64,000 bases of DNA, from NCBI GenBank assembly GCA_039989895.1, contig JBDXGY010000006.1, positions 835,092 through 899,091 of the forward strand, given 5' to 3'. The DNA is from Hyphomicrobiales bacterium (GTDB lineage: Bacteria; Pseudomonadota; Alphaproteobacteria; Rhizobiales; JACESI01). Both the position numbers and the translations under genes were made by a program. The notes beneath the pieces were generated by a model. The model was not told the origin of the DNA. It was given only the letters and a program-made list of their open reading frames with translations, and did no database searches. The first letter of the stretch is position 1. Every line of letters starts with the position of its first letter. This document shows positions 11,281 through 21,911 of this stretch, in pieces.

Positions 11281-12852
11281 TTACGACTTTTGGAACATGG
11301 CGAGCATACGCCGTGTTACGAGGAAACCGCCGAAAATATTGATTGAGGCCATAAAAATGGCCGCAGCGGATAAAATGGTAATCAACCACGAACTTGATCC
11401 TAGCTGGATCAGCGCACCGAGGATGATGATGGATGAAATTGCGTTAGTCACCGCCATTAAAGGTGTGTGCAGGCTGTGTGCGACATTCCAAATGACTTGG
11501 AAGCCGATGAACACTGACAAGACAAAAACGATGAAGTGCTGCATAAAGCTTGCAGGAGCCACAAGCCCCATCAGCAAAAGAGCGGCCGCAGAAACACCAA
11601 TCAAAGCAACTTGGTTTTTTGTTTGTGCTTTAAAGGCTTCTTCTTCTTCTGCTCTCACTTCTTCAGCGGTCTTTTCAGGTGCTTTTGGCTTTTGAGCCGC
11701 AATCGCCTGTACCTTTGGTGGTGGTGGTGGGAATGTTATCTTACCGGCATGCGTCACCGCCGCCCCACGGATCACATCATCCTTCATATCAATTTTTGTC
11801 TTACCGTCTTTTTTCGGCGTCAAATCATCCATCATATGACGGATGTTGGTTGAATAGAGCGTCGATGATTGCGTTGCCATACGGCTTGGGAAATCAGTGT
11901 AACCAATCACGGTCACACCGCCTTTGGTTTCGATTTTCTCATCCATAACAGTGTAGTCGCAATTGCCACCACGTTCAGCCGCAAGGTCAATCACGACGGA
12001 ACCGGGCTTCATGGCGTCGACCATGTCTTTGAGCCACAACTTAGGGGCATCACGGCCTGGTATCAGCGCTGTTGTAATAACAATATCAACGTCAGGGGCT
12101 TGTTCGCGGAAGAGCTCTAACTGCTTCTCGCGGAACTCTGGTGACGACGGCGGCGCATAACCACCCGTTGCTGCACCATCAACTTGTGTGTCTGTAAAAT
12201 CGAGGAACAGAAATTCTGCGCCCATTGATTCAATTTGTTCGGCAACTTCAGGGCGCACATCAAAGGCACGAACAATCGCGCCCATGCTTTGAGCTGCACC
12301 GATCGCGGCAAGACCGGCAACGCCCGCGCCAACCACAAGAATTTTCGCAGGCGGCACTTTACCGGCAGCTGTAATTTGACCCGTAAAGAAACGACCGAAA
12401 TTATTGCTTGCCTCAATCACAGCCCGATAGCCCGCAATATTGGCCATAGATGACAAAGCATCCATTTTCTGAGCGCGTGAAATACGCGGCACCATGTCCA
12501 TCGCAAGACAGGTCACTTTTTTCTTCTTGAGATGCTCAAGCAGCTTTTCATTCTGGGCAGGCCAAATAAAGGAAATCAGTGTTTGTCCAGGCTGGATACG
12601 TTTTAGTTCAGCTGCCCCTTCAGGCGCACGCACTTTCACAACAATATCACAGGCTTTCCAAAGAGCCGCCGCTCCCTTGATAACCTCAACGCCCACAGCC
12701 TTATAATCAGCATCGGAAAAACGTGCAGCTTTGCCCGCACCGCTTTCAATCGCCACATCATAGCCAAGCTTTTGAAGCTGCACTGCACTTTGTGGCGTCA
12801 GCGCCACTCTGTCTTCACCAGCAAATATCTCTTTAGGACTTCCAATTTTCAT
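11281..12852 (-). CDS. pntA: NAD(P) transhydrogenase subunit alpha (fused dI plus membrane part)
   Basis: Alanine-dehydrogenase-like dI domain with [11 protein letters not shown], and C-terminal transmembrane helices. 523 aa, 13 nt upstream of pntB. Confidence 0.95.
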   Translation of the reverse strand: MKIGSPKEIFAGEDRVALTPQSAVQLQKLGYDVAIESGAGKAARFSDADYKAVGVEVIKGAAALWKACDIVVKVRAPEGAAELKRIQPGQTLISFIWPAQNEKLLEHLKKKKVTCLAMDMVPRISRAQKMDALSSMANIAGYRAVIEASNNFGRFFTGQITAAGKVPPAKILVVGAGVAGLAAIGAAQSMGAIVRAFDVRPEVAEQIESMGAEFLFLDFTDTQVDGAATGGYAPPSSPEFREKQLELFREQAPDVDIVITTALIPGRDAPKLWLKDMVDAMKPGSVVIDLAAERGGNCDYTVMDEKIETKGGVTVIGYTDFPSRMATQSSTLYSTNIRHMMDDLTPKKDGKTKIDMKDDVIRGAAVTHAGKITFPPPPPKVQAIAAQKPKAPEKTAEEVRAEEEEAFKAQTKNQVALIGVSAAALLLMGLVAPASFMQHFIVFVLSVFIGFQVIWNVAHSLHTPLMAVTNAISSIIILGALIQLGSSSWLITILSAAAIFMASINIFGGFLVTRRMLAMFQKS

Positions 12853-13012
12853 GGACTAACTTCCCTATCCTTTGTAATTCTCACACTCTGCAACAAATAG
12901 AGCGCCGCCTTTGATCAACCCATTAGGCGTCAGCCGCATTCTTTAATACGGTTTAATACAAAAGTATATATTCAATATTAGATTTGGTCTATTGTTGAAC
13001 AACCATTCTTGA

Positions 13013-13360
13013 TCAATCAGCGAATAAAGATTCCTGACCCTTTGACCATCCAACACTTATCGTTCCTTGATTGATAATAACGGGCCGTTTGATCAAAGTG
13101 GGATAAAGAATTAAAAGTCGCTTTGCGTCTTCATCATTTTCCATAACGCGCTCATCATCACTCAGTGCTCGCCATGTGGTAGAGCGTGTGTTGACAAGCT
13201 TATCGCGCCCGACAGCGGCAAGCCATTCATCAAGGCTTTCCTTGGAAATACCATCATTGCGCACGTCAAAGAATGTTATCGCCTTGCCAGTTGCCTCAAT
13301 AGCCTTGATTGCTTTCTTACAACTGTCGCAGTTTTTTAATCCATAAAGTATCAATGTCAT
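13013..13360 (-). CDS. ArsC/Spx/YffB-family thioredoxin-fold protein
   Basis: The N-terminus LYGLKNCDSCKKA is typical of the ArsC-family fold. 115 aa. Confidence 0.75.
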   Translation of the reverse strand: MTLILYGLKNCDSCKKAIKAIEATGKAITFFDVRNDGISKESLDEWLAAVGRDKLVNTRSTTWRALSDDERVMENDEDAKRLLILYPTLIKRPVIINQGTISVGWSKGQESLFAD

Positions 13361-13369
13361 TTTATGCTT

Positions 13370-14350
13370 CTAGTCAGGTATTAGAACGGTAGAGCCAGTC
13401 GTAATGCGGCTTTCTAGCGCTTTATGAGCATCGGCAGCTTCGCGCAATGAATATTGCTGATTGACGGGAATGCTAACCGCTCCTTTTTCCACCACATCGA
13501 ACAAATCTTTTGACATTGCAATCAAATCTTCACGCGCCGCTATATAGTTGAATAAGGTCGGTCGGGTTGCAAATAGCGAGCCATTTTTAGCTAAAAGTGC
13601 CAGATCAAAATCGACGATGGGACCAGATGACTGACCAAAGGTTACCCATGTTCCTAAGCGTTTAAGGCATTCCAATGAGCCGGGATAAGTATCCTTGCCG
13701 ATAGAGTCATAAACAACATCCGTGCCCACACCCTCTGTGATTTCTTGTACACGCTCAACAAAGTTTTCCTCACGATACAAAATCGTATGGGTACAGCCGT
13801 TTTCTTTTGCAAGATTTGCTTTTTCTTCTGATCCAACAGTGCCTATCACCGTAGCGCCAAGATGCTTTGCCCACTGACAAACAAGCAGACCAACACCGCC
13901 TGCGGCTGCATGAATAAGTATTGTATCCCCTGCCTTCACATCATAAGTCCGACGCAGAAGATATTGTGCTGTCAGACCTTTGAGCATCATGCCCGCTGCG
14001 GTTTGGTCATCAATGCCATCAGGAATGGCCACCAAACGATCCACTGGCACCACACGCTCATGTCTATACGAGCCTGTGGGAATGACATAAGCAACACGAT
14101 CACCCGGATCAACTTCCGTCACTCCTTCCCCAATCACTTCAACAACACCCGCAGCTTCTGCTCCCGGCGTAAACGGCAAACCACTTGGCGAAGGATAAAG
14201 ACCTGATCTAAAATAAACATCGATGAAATTAACACCAATGGCTGTATGGCGAACAAGAACCTCGCCCGGTCCCGGCTTCGGCGTTTCAATCGAGGTATAC
14301 TTCATAACCTGCGGCTCGCCAGTTTCACTTACAATTATAGCATTGCCCAT
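13370..14350 (-). CDS. qor: NADPH:quinone oxidoreductase (zeta-crystallin-type MDR)
   Basis: Sequence is MDR-family with AAGGVG. I moved the start to the ATG at 14350 because AGGAGA lies 9 nt upstream; the track ORF begins 21 nt earlier. Confidence 0.85.
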   Translation of the reverse strand: MGNAIIVSETGEPQVMKYTSIETPKPGPGEVLVRHTAIGVNFIDVYFRSGLYPSPSGLPFTPGAEAAGVVEVIGEGVTEVDPGDRVAYVIPTGSYRHERVVPVDRLVAIPDGIDDQTAAGMMLKGLTAQYLLRRTYDVKAGDTILIHAAAGGVGLLVCQWAKHLGATVIGTVGSEEKANLAKENGCTHTILYREENFVERVQEITEGVGTDVVYDSIGKDTYPGSLECLKRLGTWVTFGQSSGPIVDFDLALLAKNGSLFATRPTLFNYIAAREDLIAMSKDLFDVVEKGAVSIPVNQQYSLREAADAHKALESRITTGSTVLIPD

Positions 14351-14473
14351 TTTAAAGTTCTCCTGTTCCACGCATCATGTAAGCGATTAGCTCAATCGCT
14401 TATTGTTTACATGCTTCGTAGTATGATAAAAGCGGCGCTGCAAACTAAATTACCAAAAGGGACAACACTTATC

Positions 14474-15628
14474 ATGTCACATCCCATTATTGTTGGCGCG
14501 GGCCCACTTGGACTAATGGCGGCACTTTCCCTTGGTAATCACTACGAAAAAATAACATTGATTGGCCCTGATGCTCCCAAAGATGGACGGACGACTGCCA
14601 TTTTGAATGAGGGTGTTGATTTCCTTAACTCGCTTGGGGTTTGGGAAAAGCTCAACAACAAAACAGCACCCCTCAAAGTTATGCGCATTGTGGATGGCAC
14701 GAAACGTTTGATACGGGCCCCTGAAGCACGCTTTGATAGCAGTGAACTTAATGCCGATTGTTTCGGACATAACATAAGAAACCAAGACCTCTTAATAGCG
14801 CTCAATGAAACTATAAAAAAGCATTCCAATATCAAGCGCATTAAAATGCCCGCTCTCAGTGTCAAATTCGATAACGAAGAAAAGGCGTCCATAACACTCG
14901 AAGACGACACAGTGCTGAATACTGGTTTACTGGTTGCCACTGATGGTCGCAATTCTATGGTGCGAAGTGCCGCTGGCATTCAAACCACACAATGGTCCTA
15001 CCCACAAATTGCTATGGTTATGGACCTATCGCATACCCGCGATCATGATTTTATTTCAACAGAATTTCACACTGAGAGCGGCCCCTTTACGCTTGTTCCC
15101 CTGCCGGGAAAAAACTCCTCACTGGTATGGGTTGAAAAGCCCGATGAGGCGCAGAAAATTCTTGACTTACCTCTCGTTGAATTAGCCCAGCGCATTAGTG
15201 AGAAATCTCATTATCTTTTAGGCGATGTAACGATTAAGGCCAAACCAATGGCCTATCCACTAAGTGGTTTGACTGCAGATGAGTTTGGCAAAGGCCCTGT
15301 CGTTTTGATTGGTGAAAGTGCCCATGTCTTTCCTCCTATAGGTGCTCAAGGCATGAATCTCGGCATTCGCGACATCAAAGCATTGAGTGACTGCCTCACC
15401 CAGCAATCATCCAATCATAACTCAGCTCCATCATCATTATCAGATCAATATTCCAAAGCACGAAAAACAGATGTTACTATCCGCACAAAAGCAGTTGATA
15501 CACTCAACCGCTCGCTTTTAACTGAGATACTTCCGGTTCACCTTGGCCGTGGCATCGGCCTTTACGCTATTAATTCTTTGCCGTTTTTGAGAAAATTCGT
15601 GATGAAACGTGGTCTTAGCGCAGAATAA
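14474..15628 (+). CDS. UbiH/UbiF/VisC/COQ6-family FAD-dependent monooxygenase
   Basis: N-terminal Rossmann motif MSHPIIVGAGPLGLMAA and a later GDAAH-like IGESAHVFPPIGAQG. The track ORF (14246) would overlap qor, so I chose the ATG at 14474. Confidence 0.8.
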   Translation: MSHPIIVGAGPLGLMAALSLGNHYEKITLIGPDAPKDGRTTAILNEGVDFLNSLGVWEKLNNKTAPLKVMRIVDGTKRLIRAPEARFDSSELNADCFGHNIRNQDLLIALNETIKKHSNIKRIKMPALSVKFDNEEKASITLEDDTVLNTGLLVATDGRNSMVRSAAGIQTTQWSYPQIAMVMDLSHTRDHDFISTEFHTESGPFTLVPLPGKNSSLVWVEKPDEAQKILDLPLVELAQRISEKSHYLLGDVTIKAKPMAYPLSGLTADEFGKGPVVLIGESAHVFPPIGAQGMNLGIRDIKALSDCLTQQSSNHNSAPSSLSDQYSKARKTDVTIRTKAVDTLNRSLLTEILPVHLGRGIGLYAINSLPFLRKFVMKRGLSAE

Positions 15629-15678
15629 AGGCCGTTATAGCTTACACCCACTCAGGCAAATAGCGGATCACCTATGTA

Positions 15679-16599
15679 ATGAAAAAAAAGTTCATACCCA
15701 CAAGATATAAACATTACACAGAGTATATCCTGCTACGCTTTATACGGTTCATACTGCTGTACATGCCTGTCGATATGGCTTCCTATTTAATGGGAAAAGC
15801 ATGGCGGATCATCGCACCCTTTAACAAGCGCCATCAACGCGCAATACGTCATATGGAATGGGCCTTGGGTGATGACAGCACGCCTATTGAACGTGAGAAA
15901 ATTGCACGTGCCATGTGGGAGAATATTGGCCGCACTTTTTGTGAGGGCTTGATCTCTGATCGCATATTAAAAAACCCAAAACGCATTATCGCTGACAGCG
16001 AGACTTTTCGGTATTGGAATGAAGAATGCAAAGATGGTGCCCTCTTGCTTACACACCATTTTGGAAATTGGGAATTAAGCAGCGCCCCCACCGTATTATA
16101 TAGCGACCACAAAATATTAGGCATTTATAAAAGTATAAGAAATCCGCTAGTAGAAGCTTTTTTTCTAAAATTACGAAAGCCACTATTTCCCGGAGGGATT
16201 TACTCACAACAAGATGGGGCAGCAAAAAAATCCATTGAAAAAATACGCAACGGTATTGATATGGCAATGGTCTGCGATCTTCGCTTTAACCGTGGCATAC
16301 CAATCAAATTTTTTAATATGCCATTCCCTGTATCAAGTTTCCCTGAGACATTGGCAATTAAATATAAAAAGCCTGTATTTGCTGCTCAATTGCGCCGCGT
16401 CAAAGGTGCCCATTTCGCGCTAGATATGAAGCAAATACACTATGAAGCAACTGGCAATCTAAAGGTTGATAGCCGCAATTTAACGCAAGCTCTTCATAGC
16501 CAATTTGAATTATGGATCCGTGAAAACCCAGAACAATGGATGTGGGCGCCTTATCGCTGGACCCATCGTCTGCAACCAATTAAAAAGCCAATGTGTTAG
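15679..16599 (+). CDS. lipid A biosynthesis lauroyl/late acyltransferase family protein (LpxL/HtrB-like)
   Basis: N-terminal membrane anchor and an HFGNWE acyltransferase motif. 306 aa. Confidence 0.75.
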   Translation: MKKKFIPTRYKHYTEYILLRFIRFILLYMPVDMASYLMGKAWRIIAPFNKRHQRAIRHMEWALGDDSTPIEREKIARAMWENIGRTFCEGLISDRILKNPKRIIADSETFRYWNEECKDGALLLTHHFGNWELSSAPTVLYSDHKILGIYKSIRNPLVEAFFLKLRKPLFPGGIYSQQDGAAKKSIEKIRNGIDMAMVCDLRFNRGIPIKFFNMPFPVSSFPETLAIKYKKPVFAAQLRRVKGAHFALDMKQIHYEATGNLKVDSRNLTQALHSQFELWIRENPEQWMWAPYRWTHRLQPIKKPMC

Positions 16600-16703
16600 A
16601 AGTAATTTTGTGCATTAAATCAAAAACTTGCACGAAATCGTCTTGGCGAATAAGATATACAGAATTACGACAGATAGATTATTATCATTGGACGACAAGT
16701 GTA

Positions 16704-17042
16704 ATGGAAACAAATAAACAGCGGACAGCTCGCTTTAAAATTGGGCAAGTTGTTCAGCACCGTATTTTTGATTTTCGTGGTGTTATCTTCGATATCGACC
16801 CTGTGTTCAACAACACAGAAGAATGGTGGCTGGCTATTCCAGAAGACGTGCGCCCAAAAAAAGACCAACCATTTTATCATCTACTGGCAGAGAATGACGA
16901 AATTGAATATATAGCCTATGTTTCCGAACAAAATCTCATAATTGATAAAACAGGACTACCTATCAGACACCCCCAAATACGGGAGGTATTTGGTGAGCTG
17001 CGCAATGGTGTTTATGAAAATACCGGACAAGTCATCCATTAA
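16704..17042 (+). CDS. hspQ: heat-shock protein HspQ / hemimethylated-DNA-binding YccV family
   Basis: FKIGQVVQHRIFDFRGVIFDIDPVF and QPFYHLL motifs. The start was trimmed to the ATG at 16704; the track ORF is extended at its 5' end. Confidence 0.85.
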   Translation: METNKQRTARFKIGQVVQHRIFDFRGVIFDIDPVFNNTEEWWLAIPEDVRPKKDQPFYHLLAENDEIEYIAYVSEQNLIIDKTGLPIRHPQIREVFGELRNGVYENTGQVIH

Positions 17043-17086
17043 ATATCTGCAAAAAACACCTTCAAACAATCATAAAGTCAAAATTA

Positions 17087-17114
17087 AAGGCGGCCAATTC
17101 TGAGCCGCCTTTAA
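17087..17114. terminator. bidirectional terminator between hspQ and ialB
   Basis: Stem AAGGCGGC/GCCGCCTT with a 9-nt loop, flanked by A-rich and T-rich runs. Confidence 0.7.
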
Positions 17115-17151
17115 TTAAAAATCATCTTAAATGACTGCGTCATTAAAACGC

Positions 17152-17838
17152 TTATTCTGCTGCTTTTGCAGGCTCGGCAGCCGCACCTTCTTTATTCTCT
17201 TTTTCAAGAAGGTTTTTACGCGCTTCATCGGCCTTACGTTGCAAGCGGTCTTGCAATGTCTCTTGAGTTTTAGCAAGAGCCTTCGGATCAACTGCTGGCC
17301 CATCATAGGCCGCGGTGAAACCTGTTAATGTTATTGGGAACTCAGCCTGCTTGCCTGCTGGGTTGATGCCAATAATTTTCATCTCATTACCACGCTTCAA
17401 GTTTGAGATGAAACCCTTATCAAACCGAGCTTCAGCAAAGCACGCCTGTTGAGTACAGACCTGAAATTTAGCGGTTCCCGTTTTAGCTCCATCAATTTGA
17501 ATGCGCATACCAGGTTGAATCAAAAGTCCTGGTGGAAGGGCAAAACTAAACCCTTTCTGAGCTGCACCCGCCTGCTCTATAATACGAGCCTGAGCAACTA
17601 CGGCACCCTTCTCATTAGCCAAGCTGAAGTTCAAAGTACATAATTTTGCTTTTGATCGCGGATCAACTTCACAAATCTTATACCAGCTATTTGTATTTGA
17701 AATTGCGGAAGCAGCTTGCGGTGCAGCAGCTTGCGGTGCCGCAGGTTTTGTTTCCTGTGACAAAGCGCCAGATGTCAATAAGCCACAAACTGCGGTTGCG
17801 GCTATTAGTGTAGAAACAGGTCGAAAAAACATCTTCAT
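17152..17838 (-). CDS. ialB: invasion-associated locus B (IalB) family periplasmic protein
   Basis: Signal peptide, conserved Cys pairs (WYKICE...KLCTL, FQVCTQQACFAE) and the IalB-type domain pattern. 228 aa. Confidence 0.85.
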   Translation of the reverse strand: MKMFFRPVSTLIAATAVCGLLTSGALSQETKPAAPQAAAPQAASAISNTNSWYKICEVDPRSKAKLCTLNFSLANEKGAVVAQARIIEQAGAAQKGFSFALPPGLLIQPGMRIQIDGAKTGTAKFQVCTQQACFAEARFDKGFISNLKRGNEMKIIGINPAGKQAEFPITLTGFTAAYDGPAVDPKALAKTQETLQDRLQRKADEARKNLLEKENKEGAAAEPAKAAE

Positions 17839-18266
17839 AAAAACCTCAATATAGTTTTGATAGAGTAGTTAACTCCGTCTAAGCATGAAATGACTGTAGT
17901 TTCCATACCAATAAGGGAAGAAATGCGGCAATTATATACTTAGGCCAGAATTTGAATCAGCGTATATCGTGTACAACATCAAAAAATGGAAACCAAGTTT
18001 TCTGCCTTCTTAATTCCTGGTTATACGCAATTGTGATCACTTTATGAGTTATATATTCCCTAACAAAACCGATAGCAGTGCCTCAGTTTTCATTAAAATG
18101 AACCGATGCCAGTTTGATTCTAATAAAACCAGATGAATTCTAATAAACAAGGTGGAACACATTATGATTTTAAAGGAATATCTTTCCTAACAATGATTGT
18201 TCTGGTCAAATCCCAAAACATGATTCGCCAAATCAAAATTTTGATAATCATTAGGAACAATAAAAC

Positions 18267-20111
18267 ATGAAAATAGGAATGCACTCTATACCGTGTTGCT
18301 TGAGAGCCATGTTTGGTTTCATGGTTTTATCTATTTTGTTGCTAACCGCATCATTGTCATCAGCTACAGAAATCAAACCAACACACGGCATATCAATGCA
18401 CGGCTTACCAGAGCACGAGAATAACTTTGAGCATCTTCCCTATGCAGATCCAGATGCCATCAAGGGTGGCACCATTACTTATGGCATTAGAGGGTCGTTC
18501 GATAGTGTGAATCCATTCATTCTGCGTGGCCAAAAAGTCGCAGGATTAAGGGATACCTTTTTTGGAAATAACGTCTATGAAAGCTTGATGTTACGAAGCC
18601 GCGATGAGCCTTTCACTATGTATGGATTGCTGGCTGAAAGCGTCTACATGCCGGAAGACCGGTCATTTATTGAATTTACAATGAACCCAAAGGCGCGTTT
18701 TTCAGACGGCAATCCTGTCACAGTCGACGATGTGATATTTTCCGCTGATCTATTAGCACAAAAAGGACGGCCCAATTACCAAGGATACTACGCAAGCATT
18801 GAAGATATTAAAAAGACTGGTGAGCGAAAAATACGCATCACCTTCAAAAAAGGTACCGACCGCGAGTTGCCGCTCCTTATAAGCCTGCTGCCTATTTTAC
18901 CAAAACATGCGATTGATCCTGAAACATTCGATCAAACCACATTAACGCCGCTTATGGGTAGCGGACCCTATATCTTGAGCGATGTTGATCAAGGCTCGTC
19001 CATCACTCTCACACGTGATCCTAATTACTGGGCCAAAGATTTACCTGTCAAACGTGGCTTTGATAATTTCGATGAAATTCGTTTTACTTATTATCGTGAA
19101 ACCAACACGCTTTTTGAAGCCTTCAAAAAAGGATTAGTCGATGTCTTTTTTGAAACAGATCCCAACAGTTGGAAAAGCAATTATCAAAGCGTACAAGATC
19201 GTATTGTCCAATCGACATTTATGACTGGTGTGTCAACCGGGATGCGCGGATATGCCTATAACACAAGACGCCCTCCCCTAAACGATGTACGCGTTCGCGC
19301 GGCTCTTAGTAAACTTTTCGATTTTGAATGGCTAAACAACAATTTGTTTTCCGGCGGGTTCACCCGTACTTCCAGCTTTTTTCAATCCTCTATTCTGTCT
19401 TCTCTCAATGTACCAGCATCAAAGCGCGAGCGTGAATTATTGAAGGATTACATGGACGAGATTAATCTTGACGTTCTTGAGGGCACATTTTCACAAACAA
19501 AAACGGATGGAACGGGTCGCGATCGCACGGTCTTGCGCGATGCTATAAAAATGTTGAGCACAGCTGGCTATCAATTAAAAGACCGCGTTATGATTGGGCC
19601 TGATGGCAAGCCATTAGAGCTTGAGCTTTTGCTACCTGCTGGTGGAGCGGCGGGTCGTATCGCAATATCTTATTCAGAAAACCTGCGCAAACTAGGTATT
19701 AATTTGACCATCCGCCAAGTCGATGCCGCGCAGTTTGAAGAACGTCGCAAAAGTTTTGATTTTGATATGATATTATGGCGCTGGTCCGGTTCTCTGTCGC
19801 CAGGCAATGAACAATATTTTAGATGGAGTTCGCCCTTTGCCGAACGGCAAGGCTCTTTCAATTTCTCTGGGGTTAAAAGCCCTGGCGTTGATGCAATGAT
19901 TGACGCCATGCTAGCAGCCCGTGAAAAAGAACATTTTATCGATGCCGTGCGGGCGCTCGATAGACTGTTGATATCCGGCCATTACGTTCTTCCCCATTAT
20001 CATCTGGGGAAACAGCTTGTAGCCCATAGTACTCGCATAGGCATGCCAGCTAGAGTATCTGTGTATGGAACCCGTCCTGAGACTTGGTGGATCAAAAAGG
20101 CTAGTCAATGA
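18267..20111 (+). CDS. ABC-transporter substrate-binding protein, family 5 (YejA/peptide-nickel-opine type), with no permease or ATPase nearby
   Basis: Signal peptide, about 600 aa, and family-5 SBP sequence pattern (GGTITYG..., NPNYW, YYRE). The next gene is not a permease. Confidence 0.8.
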   Translation: MKIGMHSIPCCLRAMFGFMVLSILLLTASLSSATEIKPTHGISMHGLPEHENNFEHLPYADPDAIKGGTITYGIRGSFDSVNPFILRGQKVAGLRDTFFGNNVYESLMLRSRDEPFTMYGLLAESVYMPEDRSFIEFTMNPKARFSDGNPVTVDDVIFSADLLAQKGRPNYQGYYASIEDIKKTGERKIRITFKKGTDRELPLLISLLPILPKHAIDPETFDQTTLTPLMGSGPYILSDVDQGSSITLTRDPNYWAKDLPVKRGFDNFDEIRFTYYRETNTLFEAFKKGLVDVFFETDPNSWKSNYQSVQDRIVQSTFMTGVSTGMRGYAYNTRRPPLNDVRVRAALSKLFDFEWLNNNLFSGGFTRTSSFFQSSILSSLNVPASKRERELLKDYMDEINLDVLEGTFSQTKTDGTGRDRTVLRDAIKMLSTAGYQLKDRVMIGPDGKPLELELLLPAGGAAGRIAISYSENLRKLGINLTIRQVDAAQFEERRKSFDFDMILWRWSGSLSPGNEQYFRWSSPFAERQGSFNFSGVKSPGVDAMIDAMLAAREKEHFIDAVRALDRLLISGHYVLPHYHLGKQLVAHSTRIGMPARVSVYGTRPETWWIKKASQ

Positions 20112-21805
20112 TTTTGGTCACAGAAGAACAGCGGCAAACCTATATTAATTCTGGGTTGTGGGGTGAAAATTCAGAAACACATTCGCTAGACAGCATCTTA
20201 CGAACAAATGGGCGCGAGAAAGCAGACACACTCGCTTTTTGTGATGCACCTAACCGTAGTCAATGGACCAGCGGCGAAACGAAGAGCCTCACATGGGGGG
20301 CGCTCAACAAAGAAGTAGATATTCTCGCCACCTTCATCAAAGGGCTAGGCTTAGCAAAAGATGCCGTTGTGGCACTTTATGGTCCCAACACCGTCAATAT
20401 GGCGGTATCTATCTTGGCTATTAATCGCGCGGGATTAATAGCAGCCCCCATACCGCTTTTTTGGCGACAAGCTGAAATGCAAGACTATTTGAGCGAGATC
20501 CATGCCCGTGCAATGATCACAGTAGACAGGGTTGAAAATGACTCTCCTGCCCTTCGCTGTCGTGATTTAACACAGCATCTCTTTTCCATGAAATATGTTT
20601 TAGCCTTCGGCTATGCTTTGCCCGATGGTGTGGTCAGCCTCGACAAGATACTACCATCCGTTTCAGAGATGATGGAATCTGAACCTGTTTTTGATGTCAT
20701 TCATCCAGATGCAATAATAAGTCTGCATCCAACCAGTCTACAATCACGAGACACTGAGATCGCGATCCCGCGCACATCAAATCAGTGGCTAAGCACTGAG
20801 CGGGCTATTTTTGATGTCATTGAAGAAACAACAAATACACTTTTGCCTTTTGCATTATCTGGGTTGATTGGTTTTTGTGCAGGTATCGTACGAACACTGA
20901 CACAAAAGGGAGCTGTAAATTTTCACCATTTCCAAACTGATAACATGCTGGCTGGTCATCTTGATTTGGTAAAACCTGATCTCGTGCTCCTTCCACAACA
21001 TTGTGTTGCTCAACAAATGAACCGGTTTTCAGCCAACCAAAAGGTGACCATCGGCTGTGTATGGAAAAACAATCATTTAGCCCAAATGCCCGTTGAGCAA
21101 AGCGATAGTGGCAATCAATTATTCGATGTCAGTATTTTGAATGAGATTGTGGCTCTTGGCCAATTACGCACCCCTGGCCAACATACCCCCAGCTCCTTAC
21201 CTCTCACCGAAGACGTTCAAGATCTTAGTCTTCGATTGAAAAAACCAACCAACACAAAATTAAAACAGTCCACAAAATTGGCCGGAGGTGAACTTATTGC
21301 AACCGGAGCATCTGTCCCTGAAGCCTTGTTCCCAAGCAATAGTGAGAAACGAGCCTTATCACGGCTGAGAAACAAAACAGTTTATGCAGGCGCGTGCACT
21401 CATGTTGCCTGCCGTTTGAATGAAAATGACCCTACACAATGCGAGCCGATTGGCTTTTTAATCGATACAATTCAACGCTCCAACCAATTAGCGGTGGCAG
21501 GAGAACTTGATGATCTTTATAAATCCGTTGCCAATATCATTGACGCGGCTCATTTTATTGACCCCATAACAGATGAACTAAATGTCGCAGTGGTCACACG
21601 TGATCTTACCCTATCAATAGAAACATTTAGCAATCAGCTATCGGAAATGGGCGTTTCTCACCTGAAGATACCCGTAGCGCTTTACCCAATAAATGAAATA
21701 AAACGAGGGGTTGGTGGTGTTGTCATGCGCCATGAACTCGTCGAGCTTATTGAGGAAAACAAATCTCGAAAATTGATGGAAGATAGACAACAAGTAGCGA
21801 TATAA
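20108..21805 (+). CDS. adenylate-forming (ANL) superfamily homolog with degenerate catalytic motifs
   Basis: The N-terminal region aligns by eye to acyl-CoA ligase/FAAL N-domains (LTWGALNKEVDILATFIKGLGLAKDAVVALYGPN...RAGLIAAPIP). The P-loop position reads TSLQSRDTEI instead of TSGTTGxPKG. The C-terminal GK lysine position reads GGVVMR. ATGA overlap with the SBP gene. Confidence 0.5.
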   Translation: MILVTEEQRQTYINSGLWGENSETHSLDSILRTNGREKADTLAFCDAPNRSQWTSGETKSLTWGALNKEVDILATFIKGLGLAKDAVVALYGPNTVNMAVSILAINRAGLIAAPIPLFWRQAEMQDYLSEIHARAMITVDRVENDSPALRCRDLTQHLFSMKYVLAFGYALPDGVVSLDKILPSVSEMMESEPVFDVIHPDAIISLHPTSLQSRDTEIAIPRTSNQWLSTERAIFDVIEETTNTLLPFALSGLIGFCAGIVRTLTQKGAVNFHHFQTDNMLAGHLDLVKPDLVLLPQHCVAQQMNRFSANQKVTIGCVWKNNHLAQMPVEQSDSGNQLFDVSILNEIVALGQLRTPGQHTPSSLPLTEDVQDLSLRLKKPTNTKLKQSTKLAGGELIATGASVPEALFPSNSEKRALSRLRNKTVYAGACTHVACRLNENDPTQCEPIGFLIDTIQRSNQLAVAGELDDLYKSVANIIDAAHFIDPITDELNVAVVTRDLTLSIETFSNQLSEMGVSHLKIPVALYPINEIKRGVGGVVMRHELVELIEENKSRKLMEDRQQVAI

Positions 21806-21911
21806 TTGCTTAACTCTATTTTCAATTACACATCCGCCTTTCACCCTCGATTCATATTCAACCTTTATCCATGTTCAAAGAAGCGTTCATGAATGGGGAA
21901 ATAGTGAGCAT

